59,204 bases of DNA from positions 1-59,204 of the forward strand of contig CAJAUT010000023.1 of the NCBI GenBank assembly GCA_903945195.1. The letters run 5' to 3'. The notes beneath the pieces are model-generated. The model was not told the origin of the DNA. It made no database searches and worked only from the letters and a program-made list of their open reading frames with translations. The stretch comes from an uncultured bacterium (lineage in GTDB: Bacteria > Patescibacteriota > Microgenomatia > UBA1400 > UBA12108). A program made the translations under genes and the position numbers. Positions within the stretch are counted from its first letter, which is position 1. Each line of letters starts with the position of its first letter. Below, piece after piece: positions 1-10,874 of this stretch.

Positions 1-141
1 AATTCAGCGACAGTCTTTTCCTCTTTCACCGCTTCTAGTGCAACTTTGGCTTTAAAAGCCGGCGGATGTTGCCTCCGCAAGTGTTGTTGATCCATATAAA
101 TTGGATCTTAACCCATTGTGCAGATTCTGGGGTTCACTATA
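1..141 (-). mobile_element. IS3-family insertion sequence, left end (truncated by window edge); OrfA N-terminus at 95..1
   Basis: Minus strand from ATG at 95 reads MDQQHLRRQHPPAFKAKVALEAVKEEKTVAE, typical of IS3 OrfA (FKAKVALEA motif). Putative terminal repeat TATAGTGAACCCCAGAATCTGCACA starts at ~141. Confidence 0.8.
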
Positions 142-447
142 AGGCATCCAAATTTAGGACTAATAATGATAAGAGATATACGAGATCTAGATTGTGTAAA
201 ACCAGTAATAAATGGTCACCATGAGAATTGGGATGGATCAGGGTACCCCAATGGCTTGTGGGATCATGATATACCATTACCTGCACGAATCATGAGAGTC
301 GTAGATGTATATGATGCGCTTACAACACGACGCTCTTACGCTCCGATTTGGCCAAGAAACAAAGCTTTGGATTATATAGACGATAATAGAGGGAAATTAT
401 TTGATCCAGCAATTGCTCAGACTTTTATAGAGATGATGAGGATTTAG
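142..447 (+). pseudogene. HD-GYP phosphodiesterase, C-terminal part separated from its 5' part by the IS3 insertion
   Basis: HHENWDGSGYP and IPLPARIMRVVDVYDALT motifs. The N-terminal HD motif is absent and the listed start (118) lies inside the IS end. Confidence 0.75.
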
Positions 448-450
448 CTG

Positions 451-771
451 TTAGACTGTTTTTAGCTTAATTCCATTGGGACTAGTGTGCACCGTAAGAA
501 TACTCTCGTGCAAGTTTTCTACACTACTAGTGTCAAGTCGCGTTGGTTGCATACTAGCTACTACTCGTTCTCTAGCGGAAGAATGTGCAGCTACTTCTTT
601 TTCTGCTTCTGAAGTTGCTAGGCCTAATTGCCCTGGAATAATAGGTTCAGGCACATCTTCCTTATCAAAGGTAGGAGCTTCGTCGAGCCTATCAAGAACT
701 CCTAACTTGATTGCAGGAGCAGGTAACTCAGGGGATATATCTAAATCTTCAATAACATTGTTTTCTGTCAT
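451..771 (-). CDS. hypothetical acidic protein
   Basis: 106-aa ORF, with TGnTAACAT 6 nt before the ATG as for other genes in the window. Confidence 0.55.
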   Translation of the reverse strand: MTENNVIEDLDISPELPAPAIKLGVLDRLDEAPTFDKEDVPEPIIPGQLGLATSEAEKEVAAHSSARERVVASMQPTRLDTSSVENLHESILTVHTSPNGIKLKTV

Positions 772-794
772 GAAAGTATGTTATCACCATACAA

Positions 795-1427
795 CTAGTT
801 TTGTATAGCGGTGGCGGTGACGATGAGGCGGGAGAGCGTGGTGCCTGGTGGCCAGCAAGTCATGAGAGTGAGAGTCTCGCTAGGCATGATCCTGGTAAGT
901 GGTGCTGTGCTACCTGGTGAGACAAACTCCTTACTTTTGACCTCGTATTTGTACTGCTGACCCTGATACCAGATATCTACTGTGTCACCTGCATCTAGGT
1001 GATGAATCAGATAAAAAACAGAGTTGTAGCGCTCGGCGGTAAGTAAATCGGTAGAACTATGGGCAAAAAGGAAGATATTGCCACCCTCTCCAGGAAGCTT
1101 GGTGCCTTTGGCGTGAGCGATCCCCTTGGACAAGGCCAGCTGATATTTCTTACTATCAAAGGCGTCTACATTTGCGATGACCTGTGAGGTAATACCTAGC
1201 TTCTCGATGAGGATAGAAAAATCTTTGTTTACAGGCTGCAAATTGTCTGCACGAGCTTTGGTATGCATAGCATACTTGATCTCATTTTTTAGTGGATCGT
1301 TAAAAATCCGCACGAGTAAGTACGATGAGAAAATGATCAGCACTAAACCAGTGAGACCCAAGACTTTGCCAAGTAGATCACCTGGCCATATTTTTGTTGC
1401 GCGAGATGGCATAGATGATTGCGACAA
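795..1427 (-). CDS. sortase
   Basis: N-terminal TM helix, catalytic His in FAHSS, TLMTCWPPG catalytic Cys motif, downstream Arg in RLIV. Exact start uncertain. Confidence 0.9.
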   Translation of the reverse strand: MSQSSMPSRATKIWPGDLLGKVLGLTGLVLIIFSSYLLVRIFNDPLKNEIKYAMHTKARADNLQPVNKDFSILIEKLGITSQVIANVDAFDSKKYQLALSKGIAHAKGTKLPGEGGNIFLFAHSSTDLLTAERYNSVFYLIHHLDAGDTVDIWYQGQQYKYEVKSKEFVSPGSTAPLTRIMPSETLTLMTCWPPGTTLSRLIVTATAIQN

Positions 1428-4400
1428 TCCCTACTCCTAGTAGGATCCATAAATATTTTGTATTCTTGTTGCCTAGATCTTGCTCTTCACCTAGTACTTC
1501 TCCAGCACTAGCCTCTGGAGTCTCAAGAGCTGGTTCTGTATCTGCTGGCTGCTCTTCTTCACCCTCTTCTGTCTTGTTGCCTAAGATACTGCCAGCTGCT
1601 CTTGTAAGGACAATAGCTGGAGTGGTAGAAGAGGTAGTGGTATTTGATGAAGTAGAAGAAATGATAACCTCGTCGCCGCGATGACTCGACTGATTGCCAG
1701 AAGCATCGAAGGCGCGGATCACGTAGTACCATTCTCTATCGCAGTTGTCGGCTCTATCATGGGTGAATGTTCCATCCTGATTTGAGCCGATATTTACAGT
1801 GCCTACTCTATGGTCACTATTTGTATCAAAAGTCTTGGAGTCGGAACTGTAGATCTCTACTTTTGAAGTAGCTCCGCCGTCATCGGCTGTGTGGAATTTG
1901 ATGACGTATTTGCAGCTTGAAGGATGTTCTTTAGAGTAATAGTTTGGTTCACCTGGACCACTAGTGTCGTATTTAACAGTGACAGTCTGACTGCTTTCAG
2001 AATTTGAGCCTGAGGTGGCAGTCACATAAAACTGATACTCACCTTCTTGTGACATGACAGAGCTATCTACCTTGCAACTAGCATTGTCACCTGATGCTTT
2101 GATAGAAGTGTGTGCCACATCGAAACTAGTAAATAGTGAAGCTCCTGGCTTCTTTACGTAACAATTTACGACCGGAGTGAGAGTTGCACGATCAAGTACG
2201 GAGTATGACAACTTCCAGTCAGCTATCCTCATGGGACTGGCTGGCTGCTCGATACGGACAGAGAGATTGTTGTCTGGGTCTGCAGCGAGAGTACGAGGGG
2301 CAAAACTAAGTAGTGAGGCAAGTACAACTATAGCCATGAATGATTTTTTGAACATTTTGCCTCCAAAGATAAATAGTAGACCTGTCAGTAGTGAGCCTAA
2401 GGCTAGGTAGAGCCAACCTGTATCTACACCTGTAGCTGGGAGGATCTCGGTAGAGACACCTAGTACGTCGCCTGTTTGTCTCTCTATTGCTACGCTTCCA
2501 GTCTGTTGATAATTTTTGTTTACTGCGACTGTGGTACCTACAAAGGTTCCATCATTGAGTGGAGATTCTATGCCTAGAGCTAGAATCTTATTACCAAAGG
2601 ATGCACTATCCCCACTGGCCCAAGCAGTGTCTTCATAGTTTCCAGCATCGATTCCATCTTGGATTTTGGCATAGTAGGAAAGTTCCATGGTGTCGCCTGC
2701 TTCTAGACTATCTATGTTCCAGGTACCTGGTGAGCCGTAATCTGGAGCGTCTACGGAGTATGGCATGCCGTTTAAAGTAGCCGACCATGACCCTGCGACA
2801 TATTCAAACCCTTCTGGAGTGACATCTGTCACGTTGATGTTTGTCATATCACTGTTTTCTAAATGCAGTGTCAACTTGTAACCAACCAAGTCTCCACCAT
2901 TTTTGCTCCCTGTGGCATCGTTGGATTTTTTAATGGTGAGATTTGGCTCTTCTTGATTGCCAAAGTTATATTCTGGAGCATAAATACCATTTTGAGTTTT
3001 TTCGTCATCATTTGGAAGAGAGATATCGTGACAGTAAGTAGTGCGCATCTCATCTTCTTCATCATCAAATGATTGATTCTTTGGATATGTCTGATTCCAA
3101 CCATCTTTTGCTACTTCGCAAATTGAATAGGTACCAGGGAATAGATCTTCAAATTTGTACCATCCAAAATCTTCACTCTCCTTATCATTGATGGTATTTA
3201 CTGATAGCTCATCTCCATCGAGCTCCTCATTGCGATTTGTGTCTAGGAATATAGTCCAGTCACCTAAGAGACTTTCTTCTTTCCCTTCTCCTTTTCGACC
3301 GTCGCCATTTATGTCATTCCACTTGTAGCCATGGATGTCGATAAGTGGAGCATTACCAAAGTCATATGAGCGATATTCGCCATAACCTGTACCTGAGTTG
3401 ATCTCAATACTGTACGAACCAAACTCTGGCTCAGTTCTTTTGTAGTTTGCATCTGATTCATCTTCGGTCACTATATAATCACCATGCTCTAGGCCTGTAA
3501 ATTCGTAGTAACCGTCAGAGCTTGTGTGTACACAATTTTTTTTATCTAAAAGAATACGACTTTCTGAGTTATCTGTTGCTAGACAGATCTCCCAGTTACT
3601 TATCCCATATTCTCCTTGATCCCAATTTCCATCGCCGTTTATGTCTTTGTATTTAAATCCACTAATACTACCAAGCTCAAAGTTGCCAAAATTGTTTTTA
3701 GTAGAATCTAGTCCTGCTGACAATATGACTGCGGAAGGAGCGGAAGTCTGCAACCAACCTGGCAATAGTGTTTCTAATAGTGAATATGTTCCTGGCAATA
3801 GACCAGTAAAACTATATGCACCAAAGATATCTGTTGTCGTACTATGAATTTCTTTGTCGCTCTGCAATAAGGAAATTACCCAACCGGCAGCAACATCTTC
3901 ATCCTTATCCCAGAAACCATCACCATCTAGATCTTCCCATTTGAAACCTGAAATTGACCCTAGCTTGGTATTGGTAAATACGCAAGTCACTGTTTCTCCT
4001 GGCTGTAGACTAATTGCACTGTAAAGGCTACCGTCAGAACAGGTTGTGTCAGTGAGAGTCCAGCCTGATTGCGCATTCTCGGATACTGAGTAAGTGCCTG
4101 GCATGAGATATCCACTATCATTTGTCTCACCGTCACTTAATGAAAATACATCTTCGTGATAACTTGCTGCAAAACCAAAACTAGCTTTTTCTTCTGCGTC
4201 TGGTAAAGTTTGCTTTTCAATAATAATTTTGCCCATCTGGATGTTGCCAAAATTTACGCTTGCTGACTGTCCTTCAGAAGTGAGAGATACTGCTATGCAA
4301 GCATTATCTGCTGGACTTGTTTGAACCCAGCCAGTTTGAGGTTGTTCACAGATTGTGTAGATACCAAATGGGACATCGCTAAATGTGAAGCCATTAATAG

Positions 4401-6039
4401 TACTGGTAGCTTCTTTTATTTTTGCTCCTAATGAATTTTTAAGGTCAAATTTCCACCCAGATAATAAGGCCTCGCCGTCATCTCTGACGCCATTCCCGTC
4501 TAGGTCATTGAATTTAATCCCATCAATTTTGCCATTTGCTGGATTAATAATGACTTCGTCTTTACAGGTATTATTATCTTCTCTACTTTCACGAATCTTA
4601 GTGTCTGGATCTACCTTACAGATACCATTTGATCTAGGATTTTCATATGTACCAGCAACTGAGAAGGTCGCTGTGAAAGAGATTTCTAGGTAACCACCTG
4701 CTTTTATGGTAAATGTTTTATCGTCATCATCTTCCACTTTACACTTAAGGTTCTTCGCAGAATCTATCGAACAACTTAAATTATCATACTTGTTGATATT
4801 TGCATAACTATATTTTAATGAGCCATACGCAACATTTGAATCAGGTAAGTTGTCAGTGAATATTTTTTCATCTTCCTCAAATATCACATCTTTAGTACCA
4901 ATATTTTCGATCCTTATTTTCCAGGTGAAAGATGACCCTAAGTTAATTGAGCTTAATGGAGTGTGAGTTTTTGTGACGATGAGATCTGGTTCAGAAGATA
5001 TATTACAGTCATTATAATAAATCGCTTTCCCCGCATCATCCCAATTTTGACCTGCGTAAGATCCTCCATTATATGAAAAAGGTGGAATAATATCACCCCA
5101 ACTATGATCTGGAATACCAAAATACCATACTGGACCATCATGATCATCGTGACCATGAACGTCTGCGGACTTAGCTGGACTTTCAACATTGTATGGATTA
5201 GTTTGACTATCATGAGCATGACAAATTTTTATTTTGTTATCCGTATCCGTAAAAGTAATTGTAGCTATGAGGGTAGTAGATAAAAATGCCTCAACCTTGT
5301 AGTTGGGGCGGTAGATACCGTCTAGTTGGTAGGCATAAAAAAGCTTGCCAGTCTCGTCGGATTGCACATCAACTGTAGTCGAAGTTGCTGGCAAGTCGGT
5401 TGAGGAGATGGTGAGTGAGTAAAGAGTATTTGGGATAAAGCCAGCACCAGTGATGAGAGCGGTGTCGGTGGGTGCGTAATCTAGCTTGTCGGTCGAGAGC
5501 ACGGCAGAACCAGTCTCTGTGACAGTCAAATCTATCTCGCTAATTGAAGTGGCTATGGTATTGCCTACAACTGTAATCTGGAGCTGTTCGTTTTGGTCGG
5601 TCACGACTGGTGAAGATACGGGTGAAGGAGGTGCGGGTGAAGAATCGGCTGATGGGGCTACGGAAGAGAGTGGAGTATCTAATGGGGCGGGAGAAGAGGT
5701 AGGAGACGAAGAAGGATCCACGGAAGGCAAGACCGATGCTACTGGCGTAGGTGTGGCAATAACTTCTGGTGTGGCTGATGGTAAGACAGAAGGCTCAACT
5801 GAAGAAGCATCAGATGGCGTAGCTGTAGTCTCTACAGTAGCAACTGGTGTTGGAGCTGGGGTGGACTCTACTACTGGAGGCTGATCTACAGTTGGTACTT
5901 CTTGAGCTACAGCGTAAGAGGGAGACAAAACTGGAGCCATAGCCATGGCAATAAAAGCGGGCTGTAGGATGTTTAAGAAAAGTGAGAAGAGTGAAGAGAC
6001 AGCAAAAACTTTCTTTTGTAACTTGAATGTGTTTGACAT
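1378..6039 (-). CDS. large surface protein with SdrD-B/Cna-B-like repeats, DUF11-like domains, internal LPATG sorting signal and a second secreted module
   Basis: Signal-like N-terminus, P/S/T-rich linker, repeated G.K(F/W/Y).D.(D/N)GDG..D..E..L.GW units, LPATG plus TM at 2428-2442, C-terminal TM with basic tail. AGGAG precedes the start. Confidence 0.85.
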   Translation of the reverse strand: MSNTFKLQKKVFAVSSLFSLFLNILQPAFIAMAMAPVLSPSYAVAQEVPTVDQPPVVESTPAPTPVATVETTATPSDASSVEPSVLPSATPEVIATPTPVASVLPSVDPSSSPTSSPAPLDTPLSSVAPSADSSPAPPSPVSSPVVTDQNEQLQITVVGNTIATSISEIDLTVTETGSAVLSTDKLDYAPTDTALITGAGFIPNTLYSLTISSTDLPATSTTVDVQSDETGKLFYAYQLDGIYRPNYKVEAFLSTTLIATITFTDTDNKIKICHAHDSQTNPYNVESPAKSADVHGHDDHDGPVWYFGIPDHSWGDIIPPFSYNGGSYAGQNWDDAGKAIYYNDCNISSEPDLIVTKTHTPLSSINLGSSFTWKIRIENIGTKDVIFEEDEKIFTDNLPDSNVAYGSLKYSYANINKYDNLSCSIDSAKNLKCKVEDDDDKTFTIKAGGYLEISFTATFSVAGTYENPRSNGICKVDPDTKIRESREDNNTCKDEVIINPANGKIDGIKFNDLDGNGVRDDGEALLSGWKFDLKNSLGAKIKEATSTINGFTFSDVPFGIYTICEQPQTGWVQTSPADNACIAVSLTSEGQSASVNFGNIQMGKIIIEKQTLPDAEEKASFGFAASYHEDVFSLSDGETNDSGYLMPGTYSVSENAQSGWTLTDTTCSDGSLYSAISLQPGETVTCVFTNTKLGSISGFKWEDLDGDGFWDKDEDVAAGWVISLLQSDKEIHSTTTDIFGAYSFTGLLPGTYSLLETLLPGWLQTSAPSAVILSAGLDSTKNNFGNFELGSISGFKYKDINGDGNWDQGEYGISNWEICLATDNSESRILLDKKNCVHTSSDGYYEFTGLEHGDYIVTEDESDANYKRTEPEFGSYSIEINSGTGYGEYRSYDFGNAPLIDIHGYKWNDINGDGRKGEGKEESLLGDWTIFLDTNRNEELDGDELSVNTINDKESEDFGWYKFEDLFPGTYSICEVAKDGWNQTYPKNQSFDDEEDEMRTTYCHDISLPNDDEKTQNGIYAPEYNFGNQEEPNLTIKKSNDATGSKNGGDLVGYKLTLHLENSDMTNINVTDVTPEGFEYVAGSWSATLNGMPYSVDAPDYGSPGTWNIDSLEAGDTMELSYYAKIQDGIDAGNYEDTAWASGDSASFGNKILALGIESPLNDGTFVGTTVAVNKNYQQTGSVAIERQTGDVLGVSTEILPATGVDTGWLYLALGSLLTGLLFIFGGKMFKKSFMAIVVLASLLSFAPRTLAADPDNNLSVRIEQPASPMRIADWKLSYSVLDRATLTPVVNCYVKKPGASLFTSFDVAHTSIKASGDNASCKVDSSVMSQEGEYQFYVTATSGSNSESSQTVTVKYDTSGPGEPNYYSKEHPSSCKYVIKFHTADDGGATSKVEIYSSDSKTFDTNSDHRVGTVNIGSNQDGTFTHDRADNCDREWYYVIRAFDASGNQSSHRGDEVIISSTSSNTTTSSTTPAIVLTRAAGSILGNKTEEGEEEQPADTEPALETPEASAGEVLGEEQDLGNKNTKYLWILLGVGIVAIIYAISRNKNMAR

Positions 6040-6263
6040 TAAGAACTCCTAATAACTGTATTTTATTATCACTATAAGTTTACACTGCCATGCAATATGA
6101 CTTCAATATATCTAAGTATGTCAAAGTACTAGAAAATACCCGCTTCATATAGACGAAGTAGGTAAAAAATGTTTACTCTGTATATTTAAATATAGATCGA
6201 AAAATAGTACTTGATGAGATTTTTGACAGATTGTTGTCAATTATTGTTATGGGTCAATAGATA

Positions 6264-6300
6264 CAAAAAATCCCGACCCTTTTAAAAGGAATTCGGGATA
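6264..6300 (-). terminator. intrinsic terminator after 5S rRNA
   Basis: Minus strand ATCCCGA...TCGGGAT hairpin followed by TTTTT. Confidence 0.7.
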
Positions 6301-6324
6301 TCACATATATTGGCGACACAATTG

Positions 6325-6442
6325 CCCCGGCAATGACTTATTTTCGCGGTAAGTTGCCCTACAACTATCGTCGGCGCTAAGGTGTTTCACGACTCTGTTC
6401 GGAATGGGAAGAGGTGGTGCCACCCCGCTCTAATCACCGGAA
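6325..6442 (-). rRNA. rrf: 5S rRNA
   Basis: Conserved CCCATTCCGAAC core and paired ends; flanked by inverted repeat 6307-6324/6443-6460 (processing stem). Confidence 0.95.
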
Positions 6443-6695
6443 CAATTTTGTCGCCAATATTTATTTGTTAATTCTAAGATTATACCTTAGAAAGTGAAGA
6501 GTAAGATTACAGTATCAAGCTATTCGTTTGATCATGCGGTCGCCTGAGGCGACCCGCCAGTCACCATAGATTATGATGTTGGCGGACAGGTTAGCTAAAC
6601 ACATTGCTGTGCGTACACTTCCTGCCGATAACCTGGTGGTCTTCCAGGGATCTAACGTCATCTTACGATGACAAGGAATTCTCATCTTGGGGCGT

Positions 6696-6726
<31 letters not shown>

Positions 6727-6845
6727 ACTAACCATCGTAGCTACTCTGCTATGCGCCTGACGGCTACAACAGAAACACTAGCGGATGGCTCACTCCGGTC
6801 CTCTCGTACTAAGAGCAACTCCCCTCAAAATTCCAACGCTGACAA

Positions 6846-6888
<43 letters not shown>

Positions 6889-6959
6889 ACGTAGCGCTTT
6901 AATGGGCGAACAGACCAACCCTTAGGACCTTCTCCAGCCCTAGGATGCGCTGAGCCGAC

Positions 6960-7250
6960 CAAAATACATAGATGTTAGATAAGGTGTATATGGATCTCAA
7001 TTATTACTAATTGTTTGGACTATATCTTTAATACTTTCATTCATAAAACCACGGAATGATTTAGTATATGTTGGCGTATTATAGCGATATCTAGTCGCTA
7101 TCTCTCGCCTGAGGCGAGAAGTCTCTACGGGGGGTGTATACAGCTATGCTGTTATACGCCCTTCCCACGGTGTTAGCCTAAAGTGTTCAATCTTAGGTAT
7201 TCTCCGTTATAAGCCAAATTTATTTCCTCGACATGTTTTGGGTATTTTCT
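6960..7250 (-). ncRNA. ORF-less group I intron in 23S at E. coli position ~L2504
   Basis: Splits CCTCGAT|GTCGGCTC; follows U and ends in G; GTCGAGG guide pairs with the 5' exon (U-G); contains AGAGACT and AAGATATAGTCC core elements. Confidence 0.88.
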
Positions 7251-7650
7251 ATCGAGGTAGCGAACTGCACCGTCGCTGTGGACGCTCAGGTGCAACTACT
7301 CTGTTATCCCCGGGGTAGCTTTTATCCGATAAGCCCGGTACCTCCCACGAAGTACACGAGGATCACTAGGTCCGACTTTCGTCTCTGCTTGACTTGTATG
7401 TCTCACAGTCAGGCATCCTTATGCCCTTGCACTATCATTCCGATTTCCATCCGGAATTAGGATACCATTGCGCGCTTGCGGTACTCTTTAGCAAGCAACC
7501 TCCCCAGTTAAACTGCCTCCCAGACAGTGTCCTCTTTCTCGATCCAGAGAAATAAGTAAGAATCTCACGTTTCAAAGAGTGGTATTACAGTTGTCGCCTT
7601 GCGGCTCCCACCTATGCTACACAGTCAAAACATAAAATTCAGTGTCAAGG

Positions 7651-7683
<33 letters not shown>

Positions 7684-7815
7684 TTGTCAGTAGGCCGCAT
7701 CTTCACAGCCATTTCAATTTCGCCGAGTCCCTCCTCAAGACAGTTTCAAAGTTGTTACGCCATTCGTGCAGGTCGGAACTTGCCCGACAAGGAATTTCGC
7801 TACCATAGAACAGTT

Positions 7816-8551
7816 CACTTATGTTGATATATCAATCTAAATTGATACTCTTTATTATTTCTAATAAAGTCTTCACGTCGCCATGAAGGTCGGACTATAT
7901 CATGTCCTAATTAAATAGGACGTCGACATATAGTCTCTGAGGATTCTTAAATCACTTGATGATGTCACTGATGTTATATTTTCGTTTACGACTAGCTCCT
8001 GGGTTAAGAGTTTCTCTCAGCCTAACAATTTCGTGTAAACCCGCAATTTTTCTGTGACCCCCATCTTCCATTATTTTGGCTATTAGACAAAAAATATGAA
8101 AATTACTTTTCTTAGTCTTTGAAACTAGCGGATATTTTTGGAAAAAAGGAATTACTTTAAATATTACGTCCGTCGGATTGGTTACATCGAATGAAAAGAG
8201 TTGATCTCGCTTGCGTACTTTGATAATTCCACAGTTTAGGGTGGTTTGAAGTAATTTGAGTAATGCTGGGTCTTTTTGAGACACATTAAAACTCATTACG
8301 ACTTGCCACTTAACTGCGTAATCATCTTTTTTACGAAGCGAAACATTAAAACTCCCTTCACCCTCTGTAAATCCGGCGAGGAAATATCCCATTGCATCAT
8401 CTTGATAACCTAAGTCTTTCCTGCTGATTTTCCGCACTGTACGCATTTTCACTATGATATTAATTTACCATAGTAGCGACAGATACTACAACCGCTTGTG
8501 CGGTACGGGGATTCCAGCAAATAGTCGACTTTTATAACTACAATTTTGTTC
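7816..8551 (-). mobile_element. group I intron in 23S helix 69 at ~L1917 with homing endonuclease
   Basis: Splits GTAACTAT|AACTG; GTAGTT guide; core elements TTGCTGGAA, AATCAGCAG, CAGAGACTA, GATATAGTCC; terminal G. Confidence 0.9.
7952..8452 (-). CDS. single-motif LAGLIDADG homing endonuclease
   Basis: YFLAGFTEGEGSF motif, SFNVSQKD, IPFFQKYPL (I-CreI-like architecture). Confidence 0.92.
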   Translation of the reverse strand: MKMRTVRKISRKDLGYQDDAMGYFLAGFTEGEGSFNVSLRKKDDYAVKWQVVMSFNVSQKDPALLKLLQTTLNCGIIKVRKRDQLFSFDVTNPTDVIFKVIPFFQKYPLVSKTKKSNFHIFCLIAKIMEDGGHRKIAGLHEIVRLRETLNPGASRKRKYNISDIIK

Positions 8552-10584
8552 ATAGTTACTGCTGCCGTTCACCAGGGCTTCAATCAAAGACTATTCCGAA
8601 CAAGTCGGAGTTATCCTCTCAGTTAACCTTCTGGCACTGGGCAGGCCTCAGCCCGTATACGTTGGCTTACGCCTTCGCACAGACCTGTGTTTTTGTTAAA
8701 CAGTCACTTTGAATTCTTTATCTGCGTTCCATAATTTGATACAAGTACCAAAATACAGAATAGGCATCTCCCTAAGTTACGCCTAGCTAATTTGCCGAGT
8801 TCCTTAAGGAAGGTTCTCTCGTCCACCTTGGTATACTCTACCAGTTCACCTGTGTCGGTTTGCGGTACGGCTAATTAATATTCTCATTGCGAAGATTTTC
8901 TTGGACCCAGAAATACATAAAGTCACTCCAGCCGAAGCTGAAATTCCCCATCGCGCCTCAGGTAATAACGTATGATACGGATTTTCCTATATCTTACTGC
9001 TTTGACGCTTGGACCCAAATTCAATAATGGGCTCTACTTTTCCTAGACCGTCCCTCCCCAATTGATAACGAACACTAATTAGGACAGGAATATCAACCTG
9101 TTATCCATCGGCTACGCCGGCATTACACCAGCCTCACCTTAGGGCCGCCTAACCCCACGTCGACAAACGTTGCGTGGGAAACCTTGAACATTCGGTGTGG
9201 GGGATTCTCACCCCCATCTCGCTACTCATCCCGCCATTCTCACTTCTAACCGCTCCACCGTCCCTTACAGGGCGACTTCACTGCTGTTAGAACGCTCCCC
9301 TACCAGTTATTGAAAATAAATTTTCAACAATTCCGCAACTTCGGTACATAACTTGAGCCTCGATGAATCTTCGGCGCCACCTTCCATCGACTAGTGAGCT
9401 GTTACGCTTTCTTTCAAGGATGGCTGCTTCTGAGCCGACCTCCTAGCTGTTTATGGACAATGACTTCCTTGACCCACTTAGTTATGATTTTGAGACCTTA
9501 ATTGACGATCTGGGATGTTACCCTTTTGCCCCTGGAACTTAGCTCCCAGGGACTGACTCCCGAGCAGAACATGATGGTATTCGGAGTTTGATAAAGTGAA
9601 AGGCCTTGCGACCTCGCACCTTTTCAGTGCTCTACCCCCACACATGCATTCACTCGAGGCTATACCTAAATATATTTCGGGGAGAACCAGCTATCTCCGG
9701 GTTCGATTGGCATATTACCCCTAACCACAAGTCATCCGAGCGATTTGCAGCTCACAACGGTTCGGTCCTTCCCCCAATTTTACTTGGGGTTCAACCTGCT
9801 CATGGTTAGCTCACTCCGGTTTCGGGTCTTGGACGCACTGCTTAACGGACTATTCATCCTCGCTTTCACTACGCCTCCGTGACGATATCACTTAGACTAG
9901 CAGTACATGCAAACTCGACGGGTCATTCTTCAATAGGCACGACATCAGTCACCTTAGGCGACCTCTGTCTGTTTGTTAGCATACGGTTTCAGGTACTATT
10001 TCACTGAGTGTCTCACTCATCTTTTCACCTTTCCCTCACGGTACTCGTTCACTATCGGTAATAATGTGTATTTAGCCTTGCCCCGTGGTCGGGGCGGATT
10101 CCGCGCGGAGTTTGCCGTCTCCGGGCGTACTTAGGTGCCAAACTGATATTTTCAAGTTTTCGCTTACACGACTTTCACGTCCTATGGTCAACTATTCCAC
10201 GTTGTTCTGCTAACTTGAAAATACGTTATGTCTGGTCCTGCAACACCGAGATAAATCTCGGTTTAGGCTCTTCCCTTTTCGCTCACCGCTTACTAAGGGA
10301 ATCTCATTCGATTTCTTTTCCTCCGGGTACTTAGATGTTTCAGTTCTCCGGGTTACCTACCTTATATAAATACAAGGTACAGTCGCATTACTGCGACCGG
10401 GGTTACCCCATTCAGACACCGCCGGGTCAAAGGATTATGGCTCCTCACCGACGACTTTCGCGGCCTTATACGTCTTTCTTCGGCACATTATTCCAAGGCA
10501 TCCACCGTATGCTTTATTTGAGTAGCTTGATACTAATTAATAAACAATATTTCTAATGCTATTTGATGCTTTCCTACTCTTCAC

Positions 10585-10596
10585 TTGTTAAAGTAC
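10585..10596 (-). promoter_or_regulatory. boxA-like antitermination element upstream of 23S
   Basis: GTACTTTAACAA, identical to 14839-14850 upstream of 16S and similar to boxA TGCTCTTTAACA. Confidence 0.65.
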
Positions 10597-10675
10597 AAAA
10601 TCTAGCAATAAGATGCTAGATTGTAGAAACCAGCTTAGGGACTAATTTCTACAATCAAGAATCCTAGTGTGTTTA

Positions 10676-10739
10676 GCTTGCGGCTAACGGCGTACGGCTT
10701 ACAGTAGCTACTGTATGCTGCGAGCTGCATGCTGTAGGC
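10676..10739. repeat. inverted heptamer-repeat hairpin
   Basis: GCTTGCG GCTAACG GCGTACG GCTTACA, centre GTAGCTAC, then four complementary heptamers TGTATGC TGCGAGC TGCATGC TGTAGGC. Confidence 0.75.
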
Positions 10740-10745
10740 TAACTG

Positions 10746-10818
10746 TGGACCCGTGGGGGATCGAACCCCAGACCTCGTCATTGCAAATGACGCGCTCTAC
10801 CAACTGAGCTACGAGCCC
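10746..10818 (-). tRNA. tRNA-Ala(TGC)
   Basis: Cloverleaf GGGCTCG...CGGGTCCA, anticodon TGC, G3-U70 identity pair, TTCGA T-loop; CCA not encoded. Confidence 0.96.
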
Positions 10819-10836
10819 AATATGGCAAATGAAGTG

Positions 10837-10874
10837 CCCCGCCTGCATCGCTTATGCGAAGCATTGCGGGCAGG
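10837..10874. repeat. short palindromic element, copy 1 (CCTGCATC...GCA(T/C)TGCGGGCAGG family)
   Basis: Near-identical ends to the copy at 11212-11250. Confidence 0.75.

Noticed and set aside
10676-10739. CRISPR array
   Set aside because: The units are 7 bp without spacers; no repeat-spacer array or cas gene is seen anywhere in the window.
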